Assembly: GCF_963921235.1 (NCBI RefSeq)
Contig: NC_086097.1
Location: 193,256,001-193,320,000, forward strand
Direction: 5' to 3'
Source of the DNA: Mobula hypostoma
Taxonomy: Eukaryota
Length of the DNA stretch: 64,000 bases
The notes below the pieces were generated by a model, which had not been told where the DNA came from, did not search any database, and was given only the letters and a program-made list of their open reading frames with translations. This document shows, piece after piece, positions 1-12,031 of the stretch. Both the position numbers and the translations under genes were made by a program. Position 1 is the first letter of the stretch. Every line of letters begins with the position of its first letter.

Positions 1-631
1 CAAAGCTGATGGCTTGTCACACTGTCTCAAATGAAGAATAAAAGTCTTCATACTGTGACCCACCGGAATTGTTCCACATGGTATTGGTGGACCGATTGCC
101 AGTAACGAATTCTGAAATACAAAGAGAAACAAGGAATGACCTGACATTGTCAAACGTCTAGACATCACCATGCAAGGATAGCCAACTCCAAGAATGTTGT
201 CTTTGACAAGACACCTGCCAAACCTAATGCCATTCCACAGGTTCAGAGGAGCTATTCTGAGAGAAACAGAGTGCCACCCAAAAGACTGAATCTTTAGAAG
301 AGTGAAGTTAGTTATGAACTGTTATTGTGGAAGCATGTTTATTGGCAATATGGCTTATGAAAGAGAAATTGAATGTTTTGCACATATACTGTAGAGATGT
401 TGCATTAATCCAAAGGGGAAGGAAGTGTAATGTATGGATCTATCTCTTTTGGAGCAATGAATCCCCTTAGCACTACATAGGTTGTTGTCTATGCATGCAT
501 ATTGATCTGTTGTCCATGTATGCACATTGCGCTTTCTCTCTCTCTCTCACTGCAATGTGAATACACCAGTTAAAGCCATCTCTTACGTGTGTGCTTTTAC
601 TTAATTGATGTGTAGTTGCACAAACACAACG
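1..631 (+). mobile_element. 3' end of a degenerate Ty3/Gypsy element: end of pol, polypurine tract and 3' LTR
   Basis: About 245-297 reads QRSYSERNRVPPKRLNL*, the typical integrase tail. Purine tract aaaggggaaggaag (412-425) abuts TGTAATG at 426. The LTR appears to end near acacaac(g) at 631. Confidence 0.65.
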
Positions 632-1732
632 AGGCCAGTTGTCATAAAGAATAAACTGAAATTACACTTCCTGTGTCGTTGCCTCAGTTCTGCGCTCCTA
701 AGGCAGTTGGAAACCATGCTAGGTGAATACTAGATATCATTGACGATTGAAGAGGGGTCTATTTCACCCTGGACTGACCTGTTGAGTCAATTGCACATCA
801 TATAGTGAGGTTTCTGAAGCTCATACCATTGGGTTATTAAACTGGAATCATCTAATTAAAACAGCAGGTATCACACTCAGTTGGATTAAGCACTGTTGAG
901 TGTGTCAAGGTGGGACAAGTTAAGTGCCAACGGTGTGATCTCCTTGTGGTTTAAACACATGGCATTAGCTGCAACTTTCAAAACCAGTTTAACAACATTG
1001 TCCTCATATCTGTATCACACACTGATTATAGTCTGCAAACTTAAACTGAATAATTACATTACATGCAAAACCAACCCTACCAATATGGCAATCATCTGAA
1101 AATATTTGTGTATATTGCTTGTAAAATGTGAGATTATTCTTCTAATTGTGCCAAAGACTCTTTTCCACAAATGTGTATTCGATTTAATTTGTCATCTGCT
1201 ACAGTTACAGCACTTCTTCCCCCGCATATAACGTACCCAAGCATCTAAGCACTTTAATCTACAATTCACTGACTTGAGCAAGACAGCTGCCAATAAGCCT
1301 TATTATTATTAGAAAACAAGACAAATTGTCCAATCCCGTAACATTCTGGTTTGTTTGCTTATATATAAAACATTTCTGATTTAATCAAGAACCCAAGGTT
1401 GAATACAAGCCAGCAAAATCACAAGAACATTCCACTTCTCTTCTTCCTCCTTGTCCAGAGAGATCCTGTTGACACTGTGTAGCTGGGTAATGTATTACAC
1501 CAGAGTACAGGATAATTGCTGTGTGAATCGGTGATGAGTTGGGGTGGTTTATTGTTCTATGATGTTTGAGTAATTATGATACTGATTTGACATGTTGCCG
1601 GATGAAACTACAGCAGCAATGTTGCCAGGTGTAGTGGGCTTCCGCTAACTGTATGCAACAGCATAGTTGTGCTTTGTCATACCTATCTGAAAAAAACAAG
1701 CTTCTAAATCACTCATATATTTATTTCTGCAG

Positions 1733-1948
1733 GAGAAAAGGATTCCCCCTCCCGTGCCAAAGAAGCCCCCAAAGGGTCAGGTACCCCTGAAACGTGAAAA
1801 GTCGCTTGATGCCACAGAGAAACAAAGGCAGGAAGCACGGAAGCGTCTAATGGCTGCCAAACGGGCTGCATCAGTAAGACAGAATTCTGCCACAGAGAGT
1901 GCAGACAGTATTGAGATTTATATCCCAGAGGCCCAGACCAGACTATAA
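1733..1948 (+). CDS. DLGAP1: Final coding exon of disks large-associated protein (SAPAP/GKAP), most likely DLGAP1
   Basis: Acceptor tttatttctgcAG ends at 1732. Exon reads EKRIPPPVPKKPPKG...QRQEARKRLMAAKRAASVRQNSATESADSIEIYIPEAQTRL*, the conserved DLGAP C-terminus with the Shank-PDZ ligand QTRL. Tail-to-tail position with TGIF1 matches the known DLGAP1-TGIF1 arrangement. Confidence 0.92.
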   Translation, partial: EKRIPPPVPKKPPKGQVPLKREKSLDATEKQRQEARKRLMAAKRAASVRQNSATESADSIEIYIPEAQTRL

Positions 1949-3905
1949 ACTGCACTGCAGAGGAATGGTGATAACTTTAAATCACAGAGCTGGTTGTAAC
2001 ATATCCGTGTTACAGTTTCATTAGAGATACATCCTAATGTCTGTATCACTTTAACCCTCTGGAAGAACATTAAGAATCAGGACAATTATGAGCAGGTGTG
2101 GCAATATTAATAAACCCAGGTTAAAAAATCTGTAAACAGTTTTAGCATATTCTACCATTAATGTTTAGCTACGTAAAATATTTGCTAATTGCCATGTCAT
2201 TTGCATGGCTTCACTCTAATTGTTCTTGCAGTTGCTTTTTGAAACTCCTTTCCAGTGTTCTAGCTCCATTAACTCATCCACATATATAGTAACGTTTCAA
2301 GTACTGACAATAGTTTAAGTAAATGAATGGGGAAAAAATAAAAATCATACGTGCACAGCAATAGAAACTTCAATTATGATGAAAGGATGTTGGTGTCTTC
2401 CTAATCTAGATGTTAGGACTTAGGATCATGGTCGTTTATTTCAAAATAGATGGATAGATGGAATGCATTACTCTCAACAACTCACTTTTGTAATTGGAAT
2501 TTGACAGCCGTAAACATATAAATGCTAACAGCTCCATGTGTAAAAGGCAAGAACCACTGGCATTGTGTTGCTATTGAAGTGCATAACCTTCAGAGACTTG
2601 CATTCATTCACTTTCAAGGGTTGCAATGTTGGATTAAACGTAAATTAAATTCGCTAATGGCAAAATTTAAAGGAGTCTTGTGAATCATCGTTATGCTAAG
2701 GCAGTTGGTCAAACAGCTTAGAAAGTGGGAATGATAAACCTGTGATACTTGCAGACAACACCAGAGATAGTGTAAATGAAAGGGACTTCCAAATCTTTGT
2801 GCTACCTGCTACCATGCAAATTCATTGGTGACACTGGAGTGTTTCTTACTACCACGTTTTAATAGACAATAGTTTAGAAAAACATTTGGAAAAATGAAAA
2901 GCAATGTATTTTTAATTGAACCATTAGGGTGATGTAATGAATACACAAACCTTTGAAAGGTATAACCAGTCAAGACTGTGATGCTTATGAAATTCAGTAG
3001 GTAAGGGCTATGGATTTCTTTGTGGAAATGCTAAGCTGTACAAACGGATCTGACTTTCACAAGTCTGATTTTTTATAGCTGTACCCTTTATCAATTTCCC
3101 TTTGATCCACAATATCTAATCTTCTTACTCACTGTTATTGTTTGCACATGTTTTTGATTGAAATGTGTCTAACGATGTCCTGTAGTAAAGATATCAGGTA
3201 CACATAATTTACCAGTGAGCTGAGCGCTTCCTTTTTCCAGTATATATTGTATTCTAAATGAGTTGGGGACCTAGGTTGCCGATGCATTTGCCAAAATGCA
3301 TTAATCTGTGCCTATAATATGTCTGATGAAAATGAATTACTTTTAATGAAGCAAATGTATGTATTTGTTGAGGCAGTAAATTTTTTCTCAGTCCGCCATA
3401 CTCACTGCTGTTCGCTTCCACAGAAAGTTTACTGAGTATTATTTGTTAAATGTGCATGGTATTAATTTGAAATTTCAAAGGCTATGTTCTTCAGTGGTGA
3501 ACCTTTGCCGTGAATTTAGCAGAAAGCAAACCCAAGCATTTTATTTGGAAACGGTACTTTCTTTGTCTTTGACACAGTGAGAGCACTTGTTTGTTCTCCA
3601 GACTTGTGGCCTAGATAATAGGCTTTACCCTCTCTCACACCTTTGTATTCACCAGAGCTGAAAGGGGCTAAATGTGGATGTCACCCTGCATTCCTTTTTA
3701 TACAAGTATGTATCTGTAGAACTATTCTACTGGAATACATAGACTGCTTGTGAAAGTTAATAACTGTGAATAATGTTACTTCCCACCAAGTGTGAAAAGA
3801 AAAAAAAAATCATTTGTGCAATGTAGATTAAAACCTGGTGGCAACTGGCTGTTCATTGAAAACTATGAAAATTTTGTTCCAATAAAACTTCCTATCAAGT
3901 AACCT
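1949..3905 (+). other. DLGAP1: Probable DLGAP1 3' UTR ending near AATAAA at 3881-3886
   Basis: Repeat-free AT-rich sequence after the stop; AATAAA followed by a T/GT-rich tract. The end point is inferred. Confidence 0.55.
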
Positions 3906-4999
3906 GTTACTGGTTATATTTTAATATGAATGTTGTAATATTATGCTAGATTATACTATATTGTTTATTTGAAAGTTGTTAATTTTTGTTACCTCATTTG
4001 TATTTATTGTTTAAATGTATATGCATTCCTTAACATATCAATGACATGAAGGATTTCTCTGTAAGGGGTATTTCCAATTAATAGAAAGGATGTTGAATAG
4101 AGAAAGCAAATTACTGAATAAGCCAGAAAGTGGATTCCACTCAAATTTCAAAATAGTTGGTACATTGAAAAAGTTTAATTAATAAAATAATGTAAATAAC
4201 TGAATGTTTGCCATTATATAAAAAACTACTTAATTAAAATCACACCTCTGTGCAATATGTTCTCTGAAATTCTTTACCAACTAATAATATGGCATGTTCT
4301 GAAAGTACAAACTCCAGATGGGATATACTGCAGGAATACGGTCCTTAAATCCTTCAATAAGTGACCTGTTTTAGACATTTATTATTGTCGGGTTATTTAA
4401 TTAGAAAAGGAAGACAACCAAGTCCCCTGCTGACATCCACACATATTTTTACATAAGTGACAGAGGAAAGCAATCAAAGCACTCAGGAAGGTATGAGGGA
4501 TTCTGATATATTGTATAATCTGTGTACTGAGACCCCATGGATGCATGAATTGGTGATCCGTCCTTTATAACGGCTTCAATAGTGGCAAGAATTTTTGGTA
4601 TCTCACTTAATTGGGCATTTTTCCAAGCTGAGCTTTGAAAATAAATGTCAGCATTGTCCTCAGCCAAGAAAGGGAGTGTTGCCACTGTGCATCATTTCAG
4701 CAGTGAAGGTTGCTGATTACTTTTCCCTTTCCTAAATCACGAAGATTAGCGGCAACTTTTCACTGCGTTGCCACAGGCTCCCTGAAACAATCTAAACTGA
4801 GATTTCATATAGGTTTAAAATTACCTTCTACAAAATGCCGATTGAAATTTTTATCACTAGTTTGCTACACTGTCAGGTAATTCTAGGCAAGCAGTTCCTC
4901 CAACTAAATACTGGGATGTCCAAATGCATTGTCTTTGCACCCAACTAAGAATATTTTACCCTTGCCAGAAGCCAATTCTCTTCCACAGGAGCTTTTAAA

Positions 5000-5260
5000 A
5001 TTCAATTCACTTGTTAGTAATCTTAGATTTATATTTGGACCAGAGATGAGTTTTTACTACAAGAACAAGAATGCCTATTTCCATCTCCAGAAAATAACTC
5101 AATTTTCGCTTCGCCATCACCCCACCACTCACCATTGCTCATGAGCAGCAGAAAACTCTATCCATGCCTTTGTTATTTCTAAATTAATTCTAAATTCAAC
5201 TATTCCAATGCTATCTCAGCCTTCTCCCATTTTCAACCCTGAAAAAACTGAACTTACAAA
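5000..5260 (+). mobile_element. Ancient L2-type LINE fragment
   Basis: Degenerate translation NLRFIFGPEMSF...AYFHLQKI...IHAFVISK...YSNA resembles the L2 ORF2 C-terminal region. Confidence 0.55.
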
Positions 5261-5268
5261 AACCAAAT

Positions 5269-6498
5269 CATAGAAACATAGAAACATAGAAAATAGGTGC
5301 AGGAGTAGGCCATTCGGCCCTTCGAGCCTGCACCGCCATTTATTATGATCATGGCTGATCATCCAACTCAGAACCCCGCCCCAGCCTTCCCTTCATACCC
5401 CCTGACCCCCGTAGCCACAAGGGCCATATCTAACTCCCACTTAAATATAGCCAATGAACTGGCCTCAACTGTTTCCTGTGGCAGAGAATTCCACAGATTC
5501 ACCACTCTCTGTGTGAAGAAGTTTTTCCTAATCTCGGTCCTAAAAGGCTTCCCCTCTATCCTCAAACTGTGGCCCCTCGTTCTGGACTTCCCCAACATCG
5601 GGAACAATCTTCCTGCATCTAGCCTGTCCAATCCCTTTAGGATTTTATACGTTTCAATCAGATCCCCCCTCAATCTTCTAAATTCCAACAAGTACAAGCC
5701 CAGTTCATCCAGTCTTTCTTCATATGAAAGTCCTGCCTTCCCAGGAATCAATCTGGTGAACCTTCTTTGTACTCCCTCTATGGCAAGGATGTCTTTCCTC
5801 AGATTAGGGGACCAAAACTGCACACAATACTCCAGGTGTGGTCTCACCAAGGCCTTGTACAACTGCAGTAGTACCTCCCTGCTCCTGTACTCGAATCCTC
5901 TCGCTATAAATGCCAGCATACCATTCGCCTTTTTCACCGCCTGCTGTACCTGCATGCCCACTTTCAATAACTGGTGTATAATGACACCCAGGTCTCGTTG
6001 CACCTCCCCTTTTCCTAATCGGCCACCATTCAGATAATAATCTGTTTTCCTATTTTTGCCACCAAGGTGGATAACTTCACATTTATCCACATTAAATTGC
6101 ATCTGCCATGAATGTGCCCACTCACCCAACCTATCCAAGTCACCCTGCATCCTCTTAGCATCCTCCTCACAGCTAACACTGCCACCCAGCTTCGTGTCAT
6201 CCGCAAACTTGGAGATGCTGCATTTAATTCCCTCATCCAAGTCATTAATATATATTGTAAACAACTGGGGTCCCAGCACTGAGCCTTGCGGTACCCCACT
6301 AGTCACTGCCTGCCATTCTGAAAAGGTCCCGTTTATTCCCACTTTTTGCTTCCTGTCTGCTAACCAATTCTCCACCCACACCAATACCTTACCCCCAATA
6401 CCGTGTGCCTTAAGTTTGCACACTAATCTCCTGTGTGGGACCTTGTCAAAAGCCTTTTGAAAATCCAAATATACCACATCCACTGGTTCTCCCCCATC
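5269..6498 (-). mobile_element. Young 5'-truncated CR1 LINE with an uninterrupted RT C-terminal ORF
   Basis: ORF 5368-6684 contains YLDFQKAFDKVPH, GVPQGSVLGP, KFADDTKL and RPHLEYCVQFWSP. The 3' tail (TTTCTATG)x3 is seen as catagaaa repeats from 5269. Confidence 0.93.
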
Positions 6499-6899
6499 CA
6501 TATCCTCCCATATCTTCCCATATCCTTTCCTATCTACAAGCGTATTTACGACAGCCAGATATAGGGATAGGAAAGGTTTATGAAGGATATGGGAAATGGC
6601 AAATGGTGCTAGTTTAGATGCAGTCATGGTTAGCAAGGACCAGTTGGACTGTAGGCCCTGTTTGAGTCTATGTTCTGTATACATTTTGCACTATTTATGA
6701 CTTCCATTCAGGAAGGGCATGACATGAATAGATCTCTCATTCCCCTGCCGATATTAGTAGCTAAAATAATGAAACAGTTCAATGGAGAAGATGTAAATTA
6801 CAAGGCCAATGGTGCAATATTATTTGGCACCAGTCTTCATTAAGATTGGCTCTATTGTAAACTCATTGGTTAGTGTCATGCTTACATTGCCAGCATAAA

Positions 6900-8120
6900 G
6901 CAAATATAAAATGGATCAGCAAATTTAAAGATGACAACAAGATCAAGGGAGAAAGGTTATCAAAACTTGCAGAGGGATCTGGACCAGCCGTAAAAATGGC
7001 AGGTTGAATTTAATGCAGACAGGTATGAGGTGCATCACTTTGAGAGGACAAACCAGGGTAGGTCACTGAGGAACGTAGTACAACAGAGGGATCTTGGAAT
7101 TCAGATCCGTAATTCCCTAAAAGTGGTATCACAGGTAGTTAGGGTCATAATGAGAGCTTTTGACACATTGGCCTTCATAAATCAAAGTACATATAAAATT
7201 ATGGTGGGTTTAGATAGAGTGAATGCAAGCAGGCTTTTTCCACTGAGGCAAGGGGAGAGAAAAACCAGAGGACATGGGTTAAGGGTGAGGGGGAAAAGTT
7301 TAAAGGGAACATTAGGGGGGGCTTCTTCACACAGAGAGTGGTGGGAGTATGGAATGAGCTGCCAGATGAGGTGGTAAATGCGGGTTCTTTTTTAACATTT
7401 AAGAATAAATTGGACAGATACATGGATGGGAGGTGTATGGAGGGATATGGTCCGTGTGCAGGTCAGTGGGACTAGGCAGAAAATGGTTCAGCACAACCAA
7501 GAAGGGCCAAAAGGCCTGGTTCTGTGCTGTAGTTTCTATGGTTTCTATGGTTACTGAGTATAGGAGCTGGGATGGTATGTTGTTGTATAAATTGGTGAGA
7601 CCAAATTTGGAGTATTGTGTGGAGTTCTGGGCACCTACCTACAATAAGATTGAAAGAATGCAGAGAAAATACAGGGGGATATTGTCAGGACTTGAAGACA
7701 TGAGTTATAAAGAAAAGTTGAGTAGGTCAAGACGTTTTTCCCTTGGAGTGTATGAGAATGTGGGAATATTTAATAGAAGTATACAGAATTATGAGGGATA
7801 CATATAGGGTAAATGCAAGCAAGCTTTTGCCACTGAGGTTGAGCGAGGCTAGAGTTAGAGGTCATGGGTTAAGGGTAAGAGGTGATATGTTTAAGGGGAA
7901 CATGAGAGGGTGGTGAGTGTGAAACAAGCTGCCAGTTGAAGTGGTGGATACGTTTAATTTCAACATTTAAGAGGAATTTGGATAAGGACATGGATGGGAA
8001 GGGTATGGAAGGCTATAGACTAGCTGCAGGTTGATGGGACTAGGCCCAATAATAGTTCAGCAGGAACTAGATGGGTCAAATGGCCTGTTTCTGTGTTGCA
8101 GTATTCTATGACTCTATGAT
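6900..8120 (+). mobile_element. Older degenerate CR1 with a young CR1 3' end nested at 7191-7551
   Basis: CR1 motifs (QRDLG, VRPNLEYCVEFW) are interrupted at AFINQST by a 361-bp piece ending gtttctatggtttctatggt. The host ends attctatgactctatg. Confidence 0.85.
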
Positions 8121-8279
8121 TGTATGGAGATGAAATTTCCTGGGCAACTAAATTCACACGGGACTGCAGTTGCTCTTAAAAACTAATGAGAATCTATTCA
8201 ACGGAGGGTGACTGTGCTCCAGAACAAAGATCACCAAACCTCTGTAGACAAGCTGCAGTATGCAGATAACGTGACTACT

Positions 8280-9170
8280 TGCACTTGGAGGCTAAGTTCC
8301 TGAACATCCTTGACTTATTAACTGAAACAGATGAGTGGATAGCTCTACACAGATCTGCAAAACCAAGGATCTCTACCAGTCTCTCCTTGCTCTACAAGTC
8401 TCCCTCCAAAAATAAAGATTCACAACAAGACCTAGGACAAAGTGGACCACTTCTCTTTTGTTCAAAGCTTCTTCTCAACAATGTCGAAATACATCGTCAT
8501 CTTCAATGCATTGGCAGAGCCTTTGATTAATGGAGGAAAAACATGTTTGAAGATGGCAAGAAATTCATGATAAACTAGCTAGTAGAGATCCATGCTTTCC
8601 TGTATGCTTGAGAGACCAGAGTTCCCAACAGATAGCACCCCATGGCATGGGGAAGATAACCTAAACATTGCCTTTGGGAAGGCAACTAATGTTAGTGTCC
8701 TCTCGCACACCACAGCACTGATAATGCCCGATTGCCTTGATTGGGCAGACCAGGTCAATCACGTGCCTGACATCAGATTCCTAAACAGACCCTCTGTTTT
8801 GAGCTCTGTAACAGGAAGAGATGACAAGACAAAAAGATTCAAAAATGTGCTCAAAGCCTCCTTGAGAAAATGCAATATCGTCCTTGACTCTTTGGAACAT
8901 CCAGCTCGTGACTGCTCAAACTAGAGAAGGGATAACGCTGAGAAACTTAAGCCCACTGTAAATGATAGAAGAATCATACCATCTCACAAACTGAGGGAAT
9001 TTACGATCACCTTCAACACCCAGGCTAATGGAGGAAAAGCGTGTTTGAGTGATAGGAATATTCAAACACTGAATATTTTGCCACATTTGTAGAAGAGGCT
9101 GCTGTTCCAACATTTTCCTTATCGTCACCTCAAACCTCAAAGAACTACAATTGTGTCAGTCATCCTTGAT
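8280..9170 (+). mobile_element. Degenerate RTE-clade LINE 3' fragment
   Basis: ORF 8592-8924 has NVSVL...LDWADQVNHVPD...KRFKNVLKASLRKCNI, matching the RTE C-terminal pattern (LRWAGHV...KRFKD). Confidence 0.7.
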
Positions 9171-9309
9171 CCCAAGGAACTGCCTAAGAAGAAGGTATAA
9201 AATTATTTCCAGAAAATGATACTAAAAACTGGAAAGATAATGGTAAGGAATTAAACAGGGCAAAATTTATTAAAGGTTTCTCAACCAATATGTAGGTGGC
9301 CTTACTAGA

Positions 9310-11060
9310 GAATATAGAACATTGAAGAATACAGCGCAGGAATAGAGTCTTCAACCCATAATGTCTGTATCAACCATGCTGCCAAATTCATCTCATCCCA
9401 CCTGCCTGCACGTGATCCATATCCCTTCCATCCCTGCTTGTTCAAGTGCCTGTCTAAATGTATCTTAAACACCACTATTATGTCCGTTTCCGCCAGAACC
9501 CGCAATGTGTTCCAGGCACTTAATACTGTCTGTGTAAATCCTGCCCTACACAGCTCCTTTAAACCTTCCCCCTCTCACATAAGAGTTATTCCCTCTAGAA
9601 TTTAATATTTCCACTCTGGGAAAAAGACAATGTCTACCCAATCTATGCCTCTCAAAATTTCATAAACTTCAGTCAGGTCTCCCCTCAGCCTCTGACATTC
9701 CAGAGTAAACAATCGTACAAGGGGTTACACTTGACCTCCTCTTAGGAAATAATGCATCAGTGGGGGAACGCTTTATGACCATAATTTTCTTAATCTCAAG
9801 ATAGTCATGGAAGGATCCTCAAGTTAAAGTCTTAAATTGGGGTAAGGCTAATTTCCACGACAGACAGAAACTCTCAACTGCTGATTGGGAGAGGCTGTTT
9901 GAACTTAAAGGGACATCTGGCATGTAGGGGGCTTTTAAAAGTAAGATAGGAGTTCAGGGCCAGCATGTTAAAGTGTAGGACAAGGATGGCAAGATTAGGA
10001 AACCCTGATTGAAGAGAAAGATTGGGTAAAAAGGGGGTATATGTCAGGTATGGGCAGCTTGAGAAATATAAGGTATATATGAGTACATTTAAGAAGGAAA
10101 TTAGGAGGGCAAAATGGGCCATGAGATATCTCTAGCAGATAAGACAAAAGAAAGTCCCAAAAGATTTTCTAAGTACCTTAAGGGTAGCTAAAGAGAGACC
10201 AGGTCTTCTTAAGGATCCATGTGATGATCTCTGTGTGAAGCCACAGAAATGGACAGGATCTCCAATTTATATTTATCTTCTTCATTTACTATGGAGAAGG
10301 ACACAGAAGCTAGTAAATTCAGGGGAAGGAACAGTGGTAACCTGGAGTATATCAATATTACAAAGGAGCTGCTGAAGGTCTTAAAATGCATAAAGGTGGA
10401 TAAATCCCCAGGCCCTGATCAAGTATGTCTTAGGATGTTGTGGGAGAAGACTTTCGGGGGTGTTGCTTCCTTGTTAACCATGGGTAAGATGTTGGAAGAC
10501 AAGTAACCAGACTAATACCTTTACTTTAAAAGGGCAATGAGATAAGCCAGGAAACTAAACGTGTTTAGCCTTGGGTCATCAATGACAAAGATTTTGCAAG
10601 GGATTCTAAAAAACAAGAGACATAGGAGGTTGCAGATCCTGGAGCCTGGAGTGAAAAATGAGCTGCTGGAAGAACTGAATGGGTCAGGCAGCATCTGTGG
10701 AAAAAAATAGGCAGTTGACTTTATGGGTTGGGACAAATAGTCCAGGCATAAGTTCTCAACCTGAATCATCAATGGTCCATTTCCCTCCACAGATACTGCC
10801 TGACTCTCTGGGTTCCCACAGCAGATCCTTCTCAAGAATAGGATTGATTTTGCATTTGGGAAAGCAAGGACTGGTTAGGAATAGTCAGCATAGTTTTGTG
10901 CATGGGATATTATTTTCCATCAATTTGATCGAAATTTTTGAAGAGGTAACTAAAAAGATTAAAGAACACAATGAGTTAGATGTTGTCTTCATAGACATTA
11001 GCAAGATTTTTTACAAGATCCCCATGGTAGGCTGATCTGAAAGGTTAGAAGGCACAGCTG
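9310..11060. mobile_element. Degenerate CR1 fragments (- strand 3' end about 9310-9715; + strand internal part about 9720-11060) with an old fold-back Penelope-type remnant at about 10620-10830
   Basis: IKVDKSPGPD and SQHSFVHG motifs; inverted pair gggtcaggcagcatctgtgga / tccacagatactgcctgactc. Confidence 0.65.
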
Positions 11061-12031
11061 AGCTAGCCAAACAACATAAAATGGAGATTTAATGTTAAAA
11101 ATAGACAATAGGTGAGGCAGGATGTGAAGAAGGTGTTATCAGAAGTATCTTATAAATTGTTCCCTTGGGCCCTACAGAAGGCAAGTGCAGAAATTATAGG
11201 GGCTCTGCCAGAGATATTTAAATCATCCTTAGCAGCAGGTGAGGTGCTAGAGGATTAGTGGATAGCAAATGTTGTTCCACTGTTTAAAAATAAACCAAGA
11301 AATTATAGGTCTGTGAGTAGTGGTAAGGTTATTAGAAGGTATTCTAAGGTACCAGATATGTATGAGTATTTGGATAGGCAGGGATTAATTTGTGATAGTC
11401 AGCTTGGCTTTGTGCATGGTAGGGCACATCTAACCAATTTTATAGAGTTTTTTGAAGAAATTGCCAGGAAAGTTGATGAAGGCAAGGCAGTGGATGTTGT
11501 ATACATGGGCATCACCAAGGCATTTGACAAGATCCCACATGGAAGGTTGGTCAAGAAGGTTCAGTCGCTCGACATTCAAGAGAGTATGAGTAGATTGTTG
11601 CCTCTCTGACTGGAGGCCTGTGACTAGTGAAGTGCCGCAGAGATCGGAGCTGGGTCAGGCCTTGTTTGTCATCTATATCAACGATCTGGATGGTAATGTC
11701 GTTAGCTGGATCAGCAAATTTGATGGTAGTAGGCAGTGAGGAAGACTATCAAAACTTGCAGTGGGATCTGGACCAGCTGGAAAAACAGCCTGAAAAATGG
11801 CAGATGGAATTTAATGCAGATCAGTGCGAGTTGTTGCACTTTGGGAGGACCAACCAGGGTAGGTCTTACACAGTGAATGGTAGGGCACTGAGGAGTGCAG
11901 TAAAACAAAGTGATCTGGGAACACACATCCCTAATTCATTGAAAGTGGTGGTACAGGTAGATAGGGTTATAAAGAAAACTTTTGGTATATTGGTCTTCAT
12001 AGATCAAAGTATTGAGTACGGGAGGTGGGAT

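Noticed and set aside
5345..6460. Long + strand ORFs (230 aa and 134 aa)
   Set aside because: Antisense shadows of the CR1 RT ORF.
8528..9065. Repeated taatggaggaaaa...tgtttga motif at about 8529 and 9027
   Set aside because: Short and degenerate within an RTE relic; cannot be distinguished from a local duplication or chance.
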